The notes under the pieces are model-generated. The model was not told the origin of the DNA. It worked only from the letters and a program-made list of their open reading frames with translations, and made no database searches. A DNA stretch of 64,000 nucleotides from Oligoflexales bacterium (GTDB lineage: Bacteria; Bdellovibrionota_B; Oligoflexia; Oligoflexales; Bog-1112). Shown piece after piece: positions 40,147-51,326 of the stretch. The translations under genes were made by a program, and so were the position numbers. Position 1 is the stretch's first letter; the number at the start of each line of letters is the position of its first letter. The stretch is taken from assembly GCA_045106415.1 (NCBI GenBank), contig JBGCEP010000045.1, positions 1-64,000 of the forward strand, given 5' to 3'.

Positions 40147-40908
40147 TCATGTATTAAAGAGTTGGTTGTAAACTTTAATATTATCTTCAATTAACATATC
40201 GTTTGCTTTAAACCATTGGTTTTCACCTTCGACATTTTTATCAATAAAATGAAAGGCTGGAATCCACATTTTATAATATGCTGTTTTATAACGATGTAGA
40301 AGAAGCCTTAAGTATGCCTTCTTCTCAAGGTCACCTGGGCTAACTGCGGCTGGCACTCGATCGAGAATCCACTGCATGAAGTCTTTGCGGATAAGATTGC
40401 ACGCAAGTGAAAACTGTTCATGGAAGTCACGCCGAAAGTGGCGTTGTGAAATAAAGAGATCATGTTTTTCTTTTAACTTTTCTCCTGATATCACCTCGCC
40501 TTTGTTATGCCATGGCGTTGGTTCTGAGTTTTTTTGAGCATACCAAGACATTCCTCTTGCTGTAAGCTTTAACTCATCAATCTGGTGTTCTCGACATTGT
40601 TGAACAGCATCTTCTAATGGGAATTCAAAAATCCATTGAAAGTCATCAGGTAAAAAAACAAAATAATCTGTTTTTAAATGATTTATGCCTTCAGCCATTC
40701 GATCTCGAAAGCTAATAGGTCGGTGGTAATACTCAATACCAAAAGATTCAAAAATTTCTTTTTGTTCTCCAAGAGAAGGAGAGCCATCCATAACAATATG
40801 TCTAACTTGGTTTTGATTATAGTGTTGATAAAAACTTCCTAAAGATTTCTCTAAATATGAAATCCTCTTAGGATTATGGAATGCCATAATTGACAAAACT
40901 TCAATCAT
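40147..40908 (-). CDS. Putative GT-A fold glycosyltransferase
   Basis: MDGS and YFVFLPDDF (DxD-like) motifs within glycan locus. Confidence 0.55.
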   Translation of the reverse strand: MIEVLSIMAFHNPKRISYLEKSLGSFYQHYNQNQVRHIVMDGSPSLGEQKEIFESFGIEYYHRPISFRDRMAEGINHLKTDYFVFLPDDFQWIFEFPLEDAVQQCREHQIDELKLTARGMSWYAQKNSEPTPWHNKGEVISGEKLKEKHDLFISQRHFRRDFHEQFSLACNLIRKDFMQWILDRVPAAVSPGDLEKKAYLRLLLHRYKTAYYKMWIPAFHFIDKNVEGENQWFKANDMLIEDNIKVYNQLFNT

Positions 40909-41987
40909 AATCGTATCTCCGTTTTTCCATCATAACTCTTGAGAGGGGATTTAAATTGAAAGATCTTTTTAAGCATTTCAATAACAATGTGAGATGCTGT
41001 ATAAAGGGTTAAGGGAATATGTTGAATATAACCGAAATTTTTTCGAGTCCATATAAAATAAAAAGAAGTGACAATGGGTAAAATGATTGAAAAAGCATAA
41101 GGGATATATAAATATTTTTTCCATTTGAGCCAAGAGTTCTCGTATGAGTTTCGTCCGGTAAAGCCAGCGGACGCTAATTCTGAGTGATTGTGAATATTGT
41201 TGACAATCCGCCAGCGTATTTTTTGTAGATAGTTGAGAAAATGATCTGAAGAGTAGTGAAGAATAGGGTCGTCTTTGAGTATTGCTATATTTTGATTGTG
41301 TTCTCTTAAGAGATAAAACAAATGAGGAATGAGATTTGGGTCTCTTGAAAGTTCAGGGTTTTTATCTAAAAAGTATTTTCTGTTAATCATGCTTCCTGCT
41401 GCGACTAACTCTATAATAGGAAGATGAGAGTTTTGATCGAGTTTAGGGGTGAGGTATTGGTTGTTTTCATCTAGGGTAGAGTAGCGATTTTTCATAATAT
41501 TTATAAAAAATCTTTCGTCTTTTGATAGGTTATAAATAAACCAAGAGAAAGGATCACCGAATTCATTGATGTATGTATTTACAAAAGGAAGTCCAATTGG
41601 ACTGCGGTAGCCTGAAGTAATCACAGCTTGTGTGTTCTTATTTTTTTGTAATATATGGACTTTGTGCAAAAGGCTATCTGAATTGACTAAAACCTCGTCA
41701 TGATCAAGGTAGCTAATATACTTCCCGTGGGCGTGTTGTAGGGCAAGAAACTTTGCATAAACAGGCTGGCGTTGAGGGTTGTGTAAAATTCTACATTTGA
41801 AGCGTTTAGCAATTGTTAATGTGTGATCAGTTGAACCACCATCTACGACGAGAATTTCACAAGATTCATGATCCCAAATACTTTGTTGTATGAGAGCATC
41901 TAAAACTTGCTCCAAAGTTCGGGTCGAGTTGAAAGTTGCAATAGCAACGGTGAGCGTTTTAGAGCTTTTGATTTTTTGATCAGGCAT
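40905..41987 (-). CDS. GT2 glycosyltransferase with C-terminal TMs
   Basis: IATFNS, VVDGGSTD, YLDHDE; start at ATG 41987. Confidence 0.88.
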   Translation of the reverse strand: MPDQKIKSSKTLTVAIATFNSTRTLEQVLDALIQQSIWDHESCEILVVDGGSTDHTLTIAKRFKCRILHNPQRQPVYAKFLALQHAHGKYISYLDHDEVLVNSDSLLHKVHILQKNKNTQAVITSGYRSPIGLPFVNTYINEFGDPFSWFIYNLSKDERFFINIMKNRYSTLDENNQYLTPKLDQNSHLPIIELVAAGSMINRKYFLDKNPELSRDPNLIPHLFYLLREHNQNIAILKDDPILHYSSDHFLNYLQKIRWRIVNNIHNHSELASAGFTGRNSYENSWLKWKKYLYIPYAFSIILPIVTSFYFIWTRKNFGYIQHIPLTLYTASHIVIEMLKKIFQFKSPLKSYDGKTEIRL

Positions 41988-42867
41988 GTAGAGCTCTTCT
42001 TCTAGACTGCTGTGGATGATGAATATTTTTATTCTGATAATAGCAGCAATAATCAGAACAAATAGCGTCAATGCTCAAACTTTGAATTTGCATAAGTCTG
42101 TCTTCGAGTTGTGGTTGCAGTCCATCTGGGTGATGCTCACCACCTAGAAGAGCTGAAGACGTTGCGTGAAGCTCTGGAGAAACGGCTGCAATCGAAAAAT
42201 CATGAGATCGTGCCCAGTCGCAAGTTTTTTGATTTATAAGAGTTTTTGAATCATTGTTCTCGGATTGCAAATCCCATTCATCAAGCCAAACCCAATCCCA
42301 TAAAGTGTGTGTTTGAGAGACTTCATCTAAGCTCATTAATGTTTCATGTGTTGTCTTGTAAAACCGTTTGATGTCGTATGGGTGAGAAACAGAAGGAGCA
42401 AGTTTAAGTGAGGAGTCTAAGTTCTTTAAAGTTTCTGCTGTATCGACTTTAAGGTCAAAGATGATGCAGCGCTTTAACCCTTCTTTAAAAGAAGAGTATT
42501 GATTTTTAAAAGCCGAGATAATATCTGGTTTTTGAAAAGAACCCTTCCAGTGAAATGCATGAATAATTCCAGGTTTTGATTTCTGGATTCGATTTAAAAT
42601 TTCATGAAGGGAAGGTATTCTTGTTTCCTGCGGGTCATACATTCTAATTTCATCAAGTGTGAGGTCTGAAATAAGAGGTTTTTGTGTATGAGTGTGTGTA
42701 GACAGCTTTGTGTCATGTGTAACAATGAAGTGTTGATCTGATGTCATTTGTAAATCGAATTCAAGACCCCACCCATGGTCGAGTGAGTATTGAAAAGATC
42801 CGAGTGATCCCTCTGGCTCTGTGCACAATCCTTGCGTATGAATCCCTCGATGGTTGATCCATTGCAT
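41980..42867 (-). CDS. Glycerophosphodiester phosphodiesterase-like protein
   Basis: NHRG, LEFDLQ, VTHD, WLDEW, VSPELH, ICSD. Confidence 0.8.
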   Translation of the reverse strand: MQWINHRGIHTQGLCTEPEGSLGSFQYSLDHGWGLEFDLQMTSDQHFIVTHDTKLSTHTHTQKPLISDLTLDEIRMYDPQETRIPSLHEILNRIQKSKPGIIHAFHWKGSFQKPDIISAFKNQYSSFKEGLKRCIIFDLKVDTAETLKNLDSSLKLAPSVSHPYDIKRFYKTTHETLMSLDEVSQTHTLWDWVWLDEWDLQSENNDSKTLINQKTCDWARSHDFSIAAVSPELHATSSALLGGEHHPDGLQPQLEDRLMQIQSLSIDAICSDYCCYYQNKNIHHPQQSRRRALHA

Positions 42868-43091
42868 TGAAAACCTCTATAGAGGGACCCTAATGGGTGT
42901 TGAGACGGAATGGGAGCACGACGAAACGAGAATAACATACGGTTTGAGGGTTCGCAATTTTTCTACGGAAGCCGACTCATGTCTTTTATGATAAAATTTA
43001 TAGTCAGGTTTTCCATGATAAGAGTCTGCATTCATGTGGTGATCATGGTATAAGTAGCAAAGCTTTACTTCTGATAATTTAGGATCATGAT

Positions 43092-44726
43092 ATGACACCA
43101 TCTGATGATCTTGCAGTGCTTGTCTTGGCGGCGGGTAGTGCAAAGAAAAAAATACCTGCCCTTCCCCTTAGTCAAGATTGTTTAGCATTTTTGCCAATTA
43201 ACTCTCAACCGCTGGCAAGGTTGGTGATTAATTTTTATAAAGATCATGGTGTCCAACATGTTTATATCGCGTGTGAAGAAAGAGATGTGGATGCTCTTAC
43301 TGAAGAATTAAAGATATATGGTGATTCCGTTCATATTTTATCGATTGAGTCGACGTCGAACGTTGTTGATACTTTGAGTTTGGCTTGTTTGCAGATCCAA
43401 CATGAAGATCTTATTGTTCACGCTGTCACAACGATTCCAACGGTTTTTTTAAATGACTCAGAGAGTGTTTTACTGGAAGATTGTTTGGCGTATCCTGAAG
43501 ACTGGTCTGGAGTGTTGCCGCAGAAATTCCCTCACACACAATTTGTGAGTAAAAGCGAAGAGCGTCCAGATGTTAAAGCTCATGCTTTCACAGGGGTCTT
43601 TCGATGTCATAAATCTTTGATCTTAGAAGTTGCTCCTCGTCTTAAAGGAAATCAGAGGAAGGATCTTTTAAACCTTATTTGCAAAGCTTATGAGAATACA
43701 GATTTTTTGTGGAAAAAAGATGAATGGCTTGACTGTGGCCATGTTCAAAAATTTTATCAAACAAGAAAAAAAATCTTTGGAAGTCGTTATTTTAATAGCA
43801 TCTCTATAGAAGAAAAAACTGATGTTTTAAAAAAAACGTCAACAAATATTAAGAAACTCTATGCTGAAAAATCATATATAGAAAAGTTACCTGATGAATT
43901 GAAAATATTTTTCCCTAGGGTTGTAAGTTATGATGAAAGTAAAGATCTTGCAGAATTAAAGATGGAATACTATGGATACCCGACATTGGCAGAAATGATG
44001 CTGTACTGGGATCTTCCTCTTTCTTTATGGGATTCTTTGTTTCAAAAATTATCTGATGCTTTATCTATTTTTAGGGAATATAATTTTTCTTACTCTGAGG
44101 AAGCGACTCAAAATATTTATGTAAATAAAACCTTAGAAAGAGTAAAGGATTTTAGAGAGCAAAATGTTTTCTCTACTTTGAATATCTTTAATCAAGAAAC
44201 AATTGTAATTAATAATGTTGAAATGCCAGGTTGGGGGAAAGTTTCTCATCATATTGAGAAAGTGTATAAATCATCTTTCTCTAAAGAAAATTTCACAGCT
44301 ATCCATGGTGATTTTTGTTTTAATAATATTTTAGGAGATCCTTTTACAGCTATTATAAAACTGATTGATCCTAGGGGATCTTTCGGAGGTTCTGAATGTC
44401 AGATCTCAGGTGATCATAAATATGATTGGGCAAAATGGGGGCACTCAGTGGTCGGCTGTTATGATTATATTGTTAATGATTTATTCCATATTGAACAAAA
44501 CAAGGAAGATGAATGGATTCTTGATATCCCTGAGCGTCCGTGGCAAAAAGATTTAAAACACCTTTTTTGGAAGCAGGTTGATGAATCAAAGCTTGAACGA
44601 GAAAAAATAAGTTGGATTATATCAACATTGTTTTTATCTATGACTCCTTTGCATAAAGATAACCCTTTGAGGCAGCAAGCTATGTTCTTAACAGGTTTAC
44701 AGCTTTATCCGTATAAAAATATTTAA
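43092..44726 (+). CDS. Nucleotidyltransferase-like + aminoglycoside/choline kinase-like fusion (capsule biosynthesis protein)
   Basis: LAAG N-terminus, WLDCGH, SRYFN, MEYYGYPTL, HGDFCFNN, LIDPRG. Confidence 0.82.
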   Translation: MTPSDDLAVLVLAAGSAKKKIPALPLSQDCLAFLPINSQPLARLVINFYKDHGVQHVYIACEERDVDALTEELKIYGDSVHILSIESTSNVVDTLSLACLQIQHEDLIVHAVTTIPTVFLNDSESVLLEDCLAYPEDWSGVLPQKFPHTQFVSKSEERPDVKAHAFTGVFRCHKSLILEVAPRLKGNQRKDLLNLICKAYENTDFLWKKDEWLDCGHVQKFYQTRKKIFGSRYFNSISIEEKTDVLKKTSTNIKKLYAEKSYIEKLPDELKIFFPRVVSYDESKDLAELKMEYYGYPTLAEMMLYWDLPLSLWDSLFQKLSDALSIFREYNFSYSEEATQNIYVNKTLERVKDFREQNVFSTLNIFNQETIVINNVEMPGWGKVSHHIEKVYKSSFSKENFTAIHGDFCFNNILGDPFTAIIKLIDPRGSFGGSECQISGDHKYDWAKWGHSVVGCYDYIVNDLFHIEQNKEDEWILDIPERPWQKDLKHLFWKQVDESKLEREKISWIISTLFLSMTPLHKDNPLRQQAMFLTGLQLYPYKNI

Positions 44727-44738
44727 GGAAAATGTGAA

Positions 44739-45920
44739 ATGAGAAAAAATATCATAAGAAAAAATATTGTGATCCCAATGGCTGGCGCAGGAAGTCGTTT
44801 TGCTAACATTGGTATTACAACTCCAAAGCCTTTAGTGAAAATTGCAGGGCAAGAAGCTCTATTCCATGCTCTTAGCTCTTTGCCTATTGCAGCAGAAGAT
44901 AAGATTATTTTTATTTCTTTGAAAAAGCATCAAATTAAAAAGAAGATTTCATCAAAGGTTGTTCAAAGGTTTTTTAAGGTAAGTATTGAGTGGATTGAGA
45001 TCGATGAAGTGACAGAGGGGCAATTGTGTACAGTATTACTTGCTAAAAAAAGCATTGATAATACAGACCCTTTGATTATCCATAATTGCGATACAGCTTT
45101 CCGCTCTAATTTGAATTCATTTGTGCAAGACTCAACTGTTGATGGTGCCGTCAGTTGCTTGCAAGCTGAAGGTGATCAATGGTCTTTTGCTAAAGTGGAT
45201 GATCAAGGAGTTGTTGTGGCAACAGCGGAGAAGGAAAGAATATCACCATGGGCTTCAGTGGGTTCTTATTATTTTTCTTCAGGCAAAGATTTTGTTCGTT
45301 TAGCAGAAAGAAGAGTTCAAAGCCAAGTAAAAAATAGAGGGGAATACTATATTGCTCCTTTATATAATGATTTTATTCATGAAGGTAAAAAAATTATGCT
45401 TGACCCTGTTGATTGGTTTCAATCGATGGGGACACCGGAGGATATATTGAAGTATTGGGGGGTTGATATTATAGAGGACTATAATAAAAATCTCCCTGAT
45501 ACACTTGTTGTTGATTTAGATGGGACTATTTGTACGATCAAACAACCAGGAGAAACTTATGAGGATGTACAACCCATCTATGCTGTTATAGAAAAATTAA
45601 AAGAATACAAAAAAAATGGTTTTCGTATTGTTATTCAAACGGCTCGTCATATGAGAACTTGTCAGAATAATGTAGGAAAAGTTACAGCTCAAATTGGTCC
45701 AATAACATTTGAATGGCTTAAAAATCATCATGTTCCATATGATGAAGTTTGCTTTGGAAAACCTTGGGGTGCAAACGTAATGTATATTGATGATAAGGCT
45801 ATCCGTCCAGATGAATTTGTCACAAGCTCGTTTAAAGAACTACAGGCATTGACTAAAAAAAGTGAGATACCCTATTCACTATCAGCAGCAGGAAATCATA
45901 AAGGAGAATGTTATGTATAA
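44739..45920 (+). CDS. Nucleotidyltransferase + HAD (EcbF/BcbF-like) phosphatase fusion
   Basis: IPMAGAGSRF...PKPL; C-terminal DLDGTI, TAR, GKPW, YIDDKA. Confidence 0.85.
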   Translation: MRKNIIRKNIVIPMAGAGSRFANIGITTPKPLVKIAGQEALFHALSSLPIAAEDKIIFISLKKHQIKKKISSKVVQRFFKVSIEWIEIDEVTEGQLCTVLLAKKSIDNTDPLIIHNCDTAFRSNLNSFVQDSTVDGAVSCLQAEGDQWSFAKVDDQGVVVATAEKERISPWASVGSYYFSSGKDFVRLAERRVQSQVKNRGEYYIAPLYNDFIHEGKKIMLDPVDWFQSMGTPEDILKYWGVDIIEDYNKNLPDTLVVDLDGTICTIKQPGETYEDVQPIYAVIEKLKEYKKNGFRIVIQTARHMRTCQNNVGKVTAQIGPITFEWLKNHHVPYDEVCFGKPWGANVMYIDDKAIRPDEFVTSSFKELQALTKKSEIPYSLSAAGNHKGECYV

Positions 45921-46899
45921 AAAAGAGCCGATTGTTACCATAGGAATACCTACATATAATCGCCCAAAGGGGTTGGAAGAAACCTTGCGCTTGGTTCTGC
46001 AGCAAACATACAAGAATCTAGAGGTTATTGTTTCAGATAATTGTTCTCCTTGTGCATCTGAGGTTGATGCGGTGATGTTAAAATTTAATGATGATCGTAT
46101 TAAATTTGTTAGACAAAAAAAGAATGTTGGTGCGATGATGAATTTTCATTATCTTTTACACCAGGCATCATCAGAGTATTTTATGTGGGTGGCTGATGAT
46201 GATGTGATTGACAGTAACTTAGTTGAAGAACTTGTGAAGAAACATCAAGAAGACCCTCAATTAGCGACAGCTATAAGTGGTTTTGATGTTGAAGATACCA
46301 TGTCGAATCCTCCAATCTTAACTGAATTCACACAGTATTTAAAAGAAATTCCTCATGAAAATCAATTTAAAAGGCTTGAAAATTATTTGCGTCAACCTGA
46401 ATATCAAGGAAAGATTCGTATTGCATGGGGTCTAGCTAAAACAAAATTACTTCAAAAATCTTTTGAGGAATGTTTGGAGGCTCGCGACTTACAAGGAGAA
46501 CCTAAATCGTTTGAACTCCCTATGGAGTTGAGATTGCTTTCTAAAGGTAATCTGGCGGTTGTTGACCATTGTTTGTCTCATGTTAAATTATTGCCTACTT
46601 CAAACGGAAAAGCCGAACTTAAAGGAAGTGTAAAGCAATACCTTGAAATGTGCAGGATCTCATTTCGAGCATATCGTAAGGCTATAGAAGAATCTGGATT
46701 AAGTGCAACAGAAACTCGATCTTTGTTAAAAATTTTGAACTACCATGAACTTCAATCAAAAGTCAGAATTGTTCCGTATTATACACTACAGCAAATAAGT
46801 CCAGGATTAGCTCGTTTTATTAAGTTGTGCTGGTTTAAGATTGTTGGATGGAAATCAAAAGAAAAAGGTGATGTCATGACGCCACATAAGGCTGGGTGA
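45913..46899 (+). CDS. GT2 glycosyltransferase
   Basis: GIPTYNR, VSDNCS, WVADDD; AAGGAG RBS. Confidence 0.9.
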   Translation: MYKKEPIVTIGIPTYNRPKGLEETLRLVLQQTYKNLEVIVSDNCSPCASEVDAVMLKFNDDRIKFVRQKKNVGAMMNFHYLLHQASSEYFMWVADDDVIDSNLVEELVKKHQEDPQLATAISGFDVEDTMSNPPILTEFTQYLKEIPHENQFKRLENYLRQPEYQGKIRIAWGLAKTKLLQKSFEECLEARDLQGEPKSFELPMELRLLSKGNLAVVDHCLSHVKLLPTSNGKAELKGSVKQYLEMCRISFRAYRKAIEESGLSATETRSLLKILNYHELQSKVRIVPYYTLQQISPGLARFIKLCWFKIVGWKSKEKGDVMTPHKAG

Positions 46900-47600
46900 T
46901 GGAGAATTATATCGAACTTCTACGGTGGGATTCTGATTTTTTTGATCTTAAAATTGGAAAGATCATAGAAGATCCAAATTTAGAGGAATCTGTACAAATA
47001 GCAAAAGATCAAGCTTATCGGCTTGTGTATTGTTATGTTTCACCTAAAGATGAACACGCAAAGAAGACTGTTGAAAAATATGGAGGAGTGCTTGTTGACC
47101 GAAGGGTGATGTATGCACAGCAAACGAACCCTGCCTGGAAAGACATTCTTTTAGACTCTAAGCTCTACTCTGGAATGGGATCTGAAATGAGCTCAGACCT
47201 AGAAAACTTAGCGATTGCGTGTGGGCATCATTCTAGATTTTGTATAGATGAAAAAATTCCTCATGATCTTTTTGAAAAAATGTACTCGATTTGGATACAA
47301 AAATCACTAGAGGGTCAGATTGCCGCTGAGGTTTTTCTTTATGGTGACCAAGAGGGTTTATGCACAGTGAGAGATCTTGAAAATCGAGCTGATATTGGGC
47401 TGATAGGAGTTCATGAAACACTACGCGGTCAGGGAGTGGGGCGGAAGATGATGTGTGCTGCGATGTCATATGCGGCAAAGCGAGATTTTCCTGCGCTGCA
47501 GGTTGCAACACAGGTTGATAATGTTGGAGCTTGTGCATTTTATGAAAACTTAGGGTTCCAGGTGGATCATCGAGTCGATATTTACCACCTTTGGCTTTAA
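46896..47600 (+). CDS. wecD: dTDP-4-amino-4,6-dideoxygalactose acetyltransferase (GNAT)
   Basis: WDSDFF, SRF..D, IGLIGV, RGQGVG, VATQ..N..A..FYE..GF. Confidence 0.85.
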   Translation: MMENYIELLRWDSDFFDLKIGKIIEDPNLEESVQIAKDQAYRLVYCYVSPKDEHAKKTVEKYGGVLVDRRVMYAQQTNPAWKDILLDSKLYSGMGSEMSSDLENLAIACGHHSRFCIDEKIPHDLFEKMYSIWIQKSLEGQIAAEVFLYGDQEGLCTVRDLENRADIGLIGVHETLRGQGVGRKMMCAAMSYAAKRDFPALQVATQVDNVGACAFYENLGFQVDHRVDIYHLWL

Positions 47601-48514
47601 GATAAAATGCTGTCGCCGTCTGCGAAATAGCGCACAGATTCGTAATCAGTCGAACATATTCGGTGGAGATAGTTTCCATAATCTGTTTTTGACATGGTTT
47701 CTGCCTGCTTGAGGACAGACTCTCTGTCTATCCAACCTTGGTGAAGAGCAATTTCTTCTATGCAGGCGATTTTGAGGCCTTGACGATTTTCAACAGTTTC
47801 TACAAACATTGAGGCCTGCAGAAGAGAAGCATGAGTTCCTGTATCTAGCCATGCAACACCTCGACCCAACCTTTGAACTTTTAGCTTTTGTTGGTCGAGG
47901 TAAAGTTGATTTAAATCTGTGATTTCAAGCTCACCGCGATGAGAGGGCTTGACTTGCTTTGCGAGGCGGACAACGTCTTTGTCGTAGAAGTACAGCCCAG
48001 TGACAGCCCAGTGAGACTTGGGGTTTTTAGGTTTTTCTTCAAGGTGGATAGCTCTTCCTTGTTCGTCAAGTTGAACCACTCCGAAGCGCTCTGGATCTTG
48101 CACATAACAGCTGAAGAGGGTGGCTCCCTCTTCGACCTTAGCTGCTTGTTCTACTAAAGATGAAACACCTTGCCCGTAAAAAATATTATCACCAAGAGCA
48201 AGAGCGACGCTCTGATCTCCTATGAAGTCTTCAGCGAGAATGAATGCTTGAGCTAGGCCTTCTGGTTTTTTTTGAACAATGTATTCGAATTTCAAGCCCC
48301 ACTTTTCACCACATCCGAAAAGATCTCTGTAGAGAGGGAGGGCTTCAGGTGTGCTGATGATTGCTATTTCCCTGATGCCGGCTAACATCAATACAGAAAG
48401 AGGGTAATAGATCATCGGTTTATCGTAGACAGGGAGAAGTTGTTTGCTTACGACTTTGGTCGCAGGGTAAAGACGTGTACCTGACCCCCCTGCTAAAATA
48501 ATTCCTCGTCTCAT
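47597..48514 (-). CDS. rmlA: Glucose-1-phosphate thymidylyltransferase
   Basis: [29 protein letters not shown]. Confidence 0.97.
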   Translation of the reverse strand: MRRGIILAGGSGTRLYPATKVVSKQLLPVYDKPMIYYPLSVLMLAGIREIAIISTPEALPLYRDLFGCGEKWGLKFEYIVQKKPEGLAQAFILAEDFIGDQSVALALGDNIFYGQGVSSLVEQAAKVEEGATLFSCYVQDPERFGVVQLDEQGRAIHLEEKPKNPKSHWAVTGLYFYDKDVVRLAKQVKPSHRGELEITDLNQLYLDQQKLKVQRLGRGVAWLDTGTHASLLQASMFVETVENRQGLKIACIEEIALHQGWIDRESVLKQAETMSKTDYGNYLHRICSTDYESVRYFADGDSILS

Positions 48515-48533
48515 TATCTTCTCCTTTCGTGAA

Positions 48534-49559
48534 TTAAATCTTTTTAAGCATATCTTGAGTCCACTCTTGGTGGTCTAAGTACCAATGAACAACTTTTTGA
48601 ATTCCGCTTTCAAAAGTTTCTTTTGGCTTCCACCCAAGTTCATTTTCTATTTTAGTTGGATCAATAGCATATCTGAAATCATGCCCGGGTCGATCTTTTA
48701 CAAATCGAATTTGATCTCTGTAGTAACCCTGATCTTTAGGTTTGGTTTGGTCTAAGATATCACAAATTGTTTCTGCAAGTTTGATGTTTGTTTTTTCTGA
48801 GTGTCCACCAATCAAATAGGTTTCACCGATTTTTCCTGTGTTTAACACACACTGAAGCGCAGAAACATGGTCGTCAACATAGAGCCAGTCGCGAGTATTA
48901 AGTCCTTCTCCATAGATCGGGATGTCTTCGTTATGAAGAGCTTTCTGAATGACAACAGGAATAAGTTTTTCAGGGAACTGCCAAGGGCCGTAGTTGTTAG
49001 AGCAGTTTGTAATAAGAAGGGGAAGCTGGTACGTGCGGCACCACGCTCGAACAAGATGATCACTGGCAGCTTTTGATGCAGAGTAAGGAGAACTTGGCAT
49101 GTAAGGAGTTTGTTCTGTAAAGAACCCTGTGTCGCCTAAGTGGCCATAGACTTCATCGGTTGAAATGTGAAGGAAGCGGAATTTTTTTTCTTCTTCTGGG
49201 TAGGTGTTCAAGTAGCTGCGAACACTTTCTAGTAGTTGGAATGTACCAAGAATGTTGGACTCAATGAAAGCTTGAGGGTTTGAAATGGACCTGTCAACAT
49301 GACTTTCAGCCGCAAGGTGATACATAGCTTGAGGGCGATATTGGTGAAAAAGTTGCTGGATACTTTCAGCATTGTTGATGTCGAGGTGGTGGAAATGGTA
49401 GCGGTTATGAGTGCTGTAGTCTATCATTCTTGACTCGTCACCAGCGTAACTCAAGTTGTCAATGTTGACGACATGAAGATCTGTGTTTTCAAGAAGGTCT
49501 CGAACTAAAGCAGAACCAATAAATCCAGAACCGCCGGTAACGAAGATAAACTTTTTCAT
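48534..49559 (-). CDS. rmlB: dTDP-glucose 4,6-dehydratase
   Basis: [33 protein letters not shown]. Confidence 0.97.
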   Translation of the reverse strand: MKKFIFVTGGSGFIGSALVRDLLENTDLHVVNIDNLSYAGDESRMIDYSTHNRYHFHHLDINNAESIQQLFHQYRPQAMYHLAAESHVDRSISNPQAFIESNILGTFQLLESVRSYLNTYPEEEKKFRFLHISTDEVYGHLGDTGFFTEQTPYMPSSPYSASKAASDHLVRAWCRTYQLPLLITNCSNNYGPWQFPEKLIPVVIQKALHNEDIPIYGEGLNTRDWLYVDDHVSALQCVLNTGKIGETYLIGGHSEKTNIKLAETICDILDQTKPKDQGYYRDQIRFVKDRPGHDFRYAIDPTKIENELGWKPKETFESGIQKVVHWYLDHQEWTQDMLKKI

Positions 49560-49697
49560 GCGAACCTCTCACAGACAATACTTTAATCTTTTTGTGTTAT
49601 TTCCATGCGTTATTAGAATACGAAAATCACTTCTTGTTGTCCACTGACGAAGATTGACTTTAAAATCGATTTTCGTCAGAAAGTATTTGATATTGCT

Positions 49698-50228
49698 TTA
49701 TTCAGATGCTTGAGAGAGCTTTGATAAATGATGATAGGTCACAATAGAAACTGCATTTGCGAGATTGAGACTCCTAACATTTGGGTGATGCATAGGGAGT
49801 GTGTAGAAAGAGTCGGGGTACTGATCGTGTAGTGATTTTGGTAGACCAGCTGTTTCTTGCCCAAAAATGAAAAGGTCTTTCTCTGGTGGGATTTCTGTGT
49901 AGGACTTTTGACCATGGGTTGAAAGAAAAGCAGCCCTTTGTGGAGGAATGATTTGAAAGAGCTCTTCTATATTTGAGTGTAATTCCAAGTCTAAAAAAGG
50001 CCAGTAGTCAAGGCCTGGTCTACGCAGGTTGCGGTCTTCTGTGGAAAACCCCAAGGGTCGAATAATATGAAGGCGGCTTGCAGTTGCCGCGCATAGTCGA
50101 GAAATATTACCTGTGTTTTGAGGGATTTCAGGTTGAAACAAACAGATGTGAGGGTGGCCTTTACGCAAAACTTGTATCCTGCTGTGGGGTGAAAAAAACA
50201 AACCAAATATTGATGACGCAATGTGCAA
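49698..50228 (-). CDS. trmL: tRNA (cytidine/uridine(34)-2'-O)-methyltransferase
   Basis: PEIPQNTGNI, RRPGLDYW, FGQETAGL, RSLNLANAV. Start uncertain. Confidence 0.92.
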   Translation of the reverse strand: MHIASSIFGLFFSPHSRIQVLRKGHPHICLFQPEIPQNTGNISRLCAATASRLHIIRPLGFSTEDRNLRRPGLDYWPFLDLELHSNIEELFQIIPPQRAAFLSTHGQKSYTEIPPEKDLFIFGQETAGLPKSLHDQYPDSFYTLPMHHPNVRSLNLANAVSIVTYHHLSKLSQASE

Positions 50229-50739
50229 AAAAAGATGGCCAAATAGACTCTGTCACTTCAACCATCTGCCCGTAGAGTAAGGCTTGACCGCAGCAGAGTG
50301 CGGTGATGGGGGTCAGTTTGCCAGATGGTCCAGGTGTTAATAGCATCACCAATAAAACGATGAGCAAGATACCGCTCCAAGGCTGTAGAACGCAACGAAA
50401 TAAAATTTCTTCACTTGCAGCAGCACCTAGAGCGAGCGTGATTTTCGTTTTAGGAGAAGCTTCTAGAAGATCGGCTGTTGCGTAATTCCAGTGATCTCTG
50501 TAGCTATCAGACCACGATCCGCAAAGATAATGACAAATGCAAGGAAGAATAGCTGCAGGCAGCCATAAGAAGAGGAGCTGATGCGCGTTGAGTGTTGGGA
50601 TTTTTGTTAAACTGCTTATATTGCTGTGAAAAATTTCAGATAAGCACAAGCTGACAATAAAAATACCCAGGTGCGCAAGGTGTCCACGCTCAATGATAGT
50701 GAGGGTGGGTTCTGAATAATCAGGTTTGTCGTGGTTCAT
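50161..50739 (-). CDS. CPBP (Abi/CAAX) intramembrane protease family
   Basis: EEILFR and HCVIN motifs; multi-TM. Confidence 0.75.
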   Translation of the reverse strand: MNHDKPDYSEPTLTIIERGHLAHLGIFIVSLCLSEIFHSNISSLTKIPTLNAHQLLFLWLPAAILPCICHYLCGSWSDSYRDHWNYATADLLEASPKTKITLALGAAASEEILFRCVLQPWSGILLIVLLVMLLTPGPSGKLTPITALCCGQALLYGQMVEVTESIWPSFFAHCVINIWFVFFTPQQDTSFA

Positions 50740-51326
50740 GATTTATCCTTGTGTAGAGGATGGTTTGCTCCGATGTCCATTTTTTTAGTTTTTGTTTGTT
50801 GTGATTGAGTGGTTGAGGTTGTTTGTAAGACCTCAAGGCTTTGACGAATCCATTTGTGAATTTTTTGAATATCGTGAGTAGTCAGAGTTTTTTGTGGATT
50901 CAATAATCGATATTCAAGAGGAGGCATGGATTTTTGTTGAATAGAACGGCCGATGTTGATGAGATCTTTTTCTGGGGAGTTTTCTGCACTTAGGAAAGGG
51001 AAGTGAGTTAGAAGGGTTAGAGATTTTTGTCCCTCATGTACTTGCACGTCGATCCACTGTTTTATAAAAGGTACTTTGTAATACCAAGGGTATGAGGTGA
51101 GGTTTGTGTGGCAGTCGTAGCATGCTTTTTTAAAAAGGGGCTCAATATTTTTGATGTAGTGCTGCTCAATGGTCCGAAATGCTTGAAACCTTGTCTGAGT
51201 CGAGGTGTGAGCATAGATATTTGCTGGAGTTGAAAAAAATTCATTTTTTTGATCTGAGCGAATTCTATTTGCGTAAAGAGGTGATAGATTCAGTAGTAAA
51301 TAACAAAGCATGCTTTTTTTTCTCAT
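50736..51326 (-). CDS. Heme-binding domain protein (c-type)
   Basis: ACYDCH...YPWY, MPP..Y motifs; ATGA overlap with upstream gene. Confidence 0.82.
   Translation of the reverse strand: MRKKSMLCYLLLNLSPLYANRIRSDQKNEFFSTPANIYAHTSTQTRFQAFRTIEQHYIKNIEPLFKKACYDCHTNLTSYPWYYKVPFIKQWIDVQVHEGQKSLTLLTHFPFLSAENSPEKDLINIGRSIQQKSMPPLEYRLLNPQKTLTTHDIQKIHKWIRQSLEVLQTTSTTQSQQTKTKKMDIGANHPLHKDKS

Noticed and set aside
42877..43143. 88-aa His-rich ORF in the divergent gap of the glycan locus
   Set aside because: Overlaps the start of the 43092 gene on the opposite strand and occupies the expected promoter region; no motif support.
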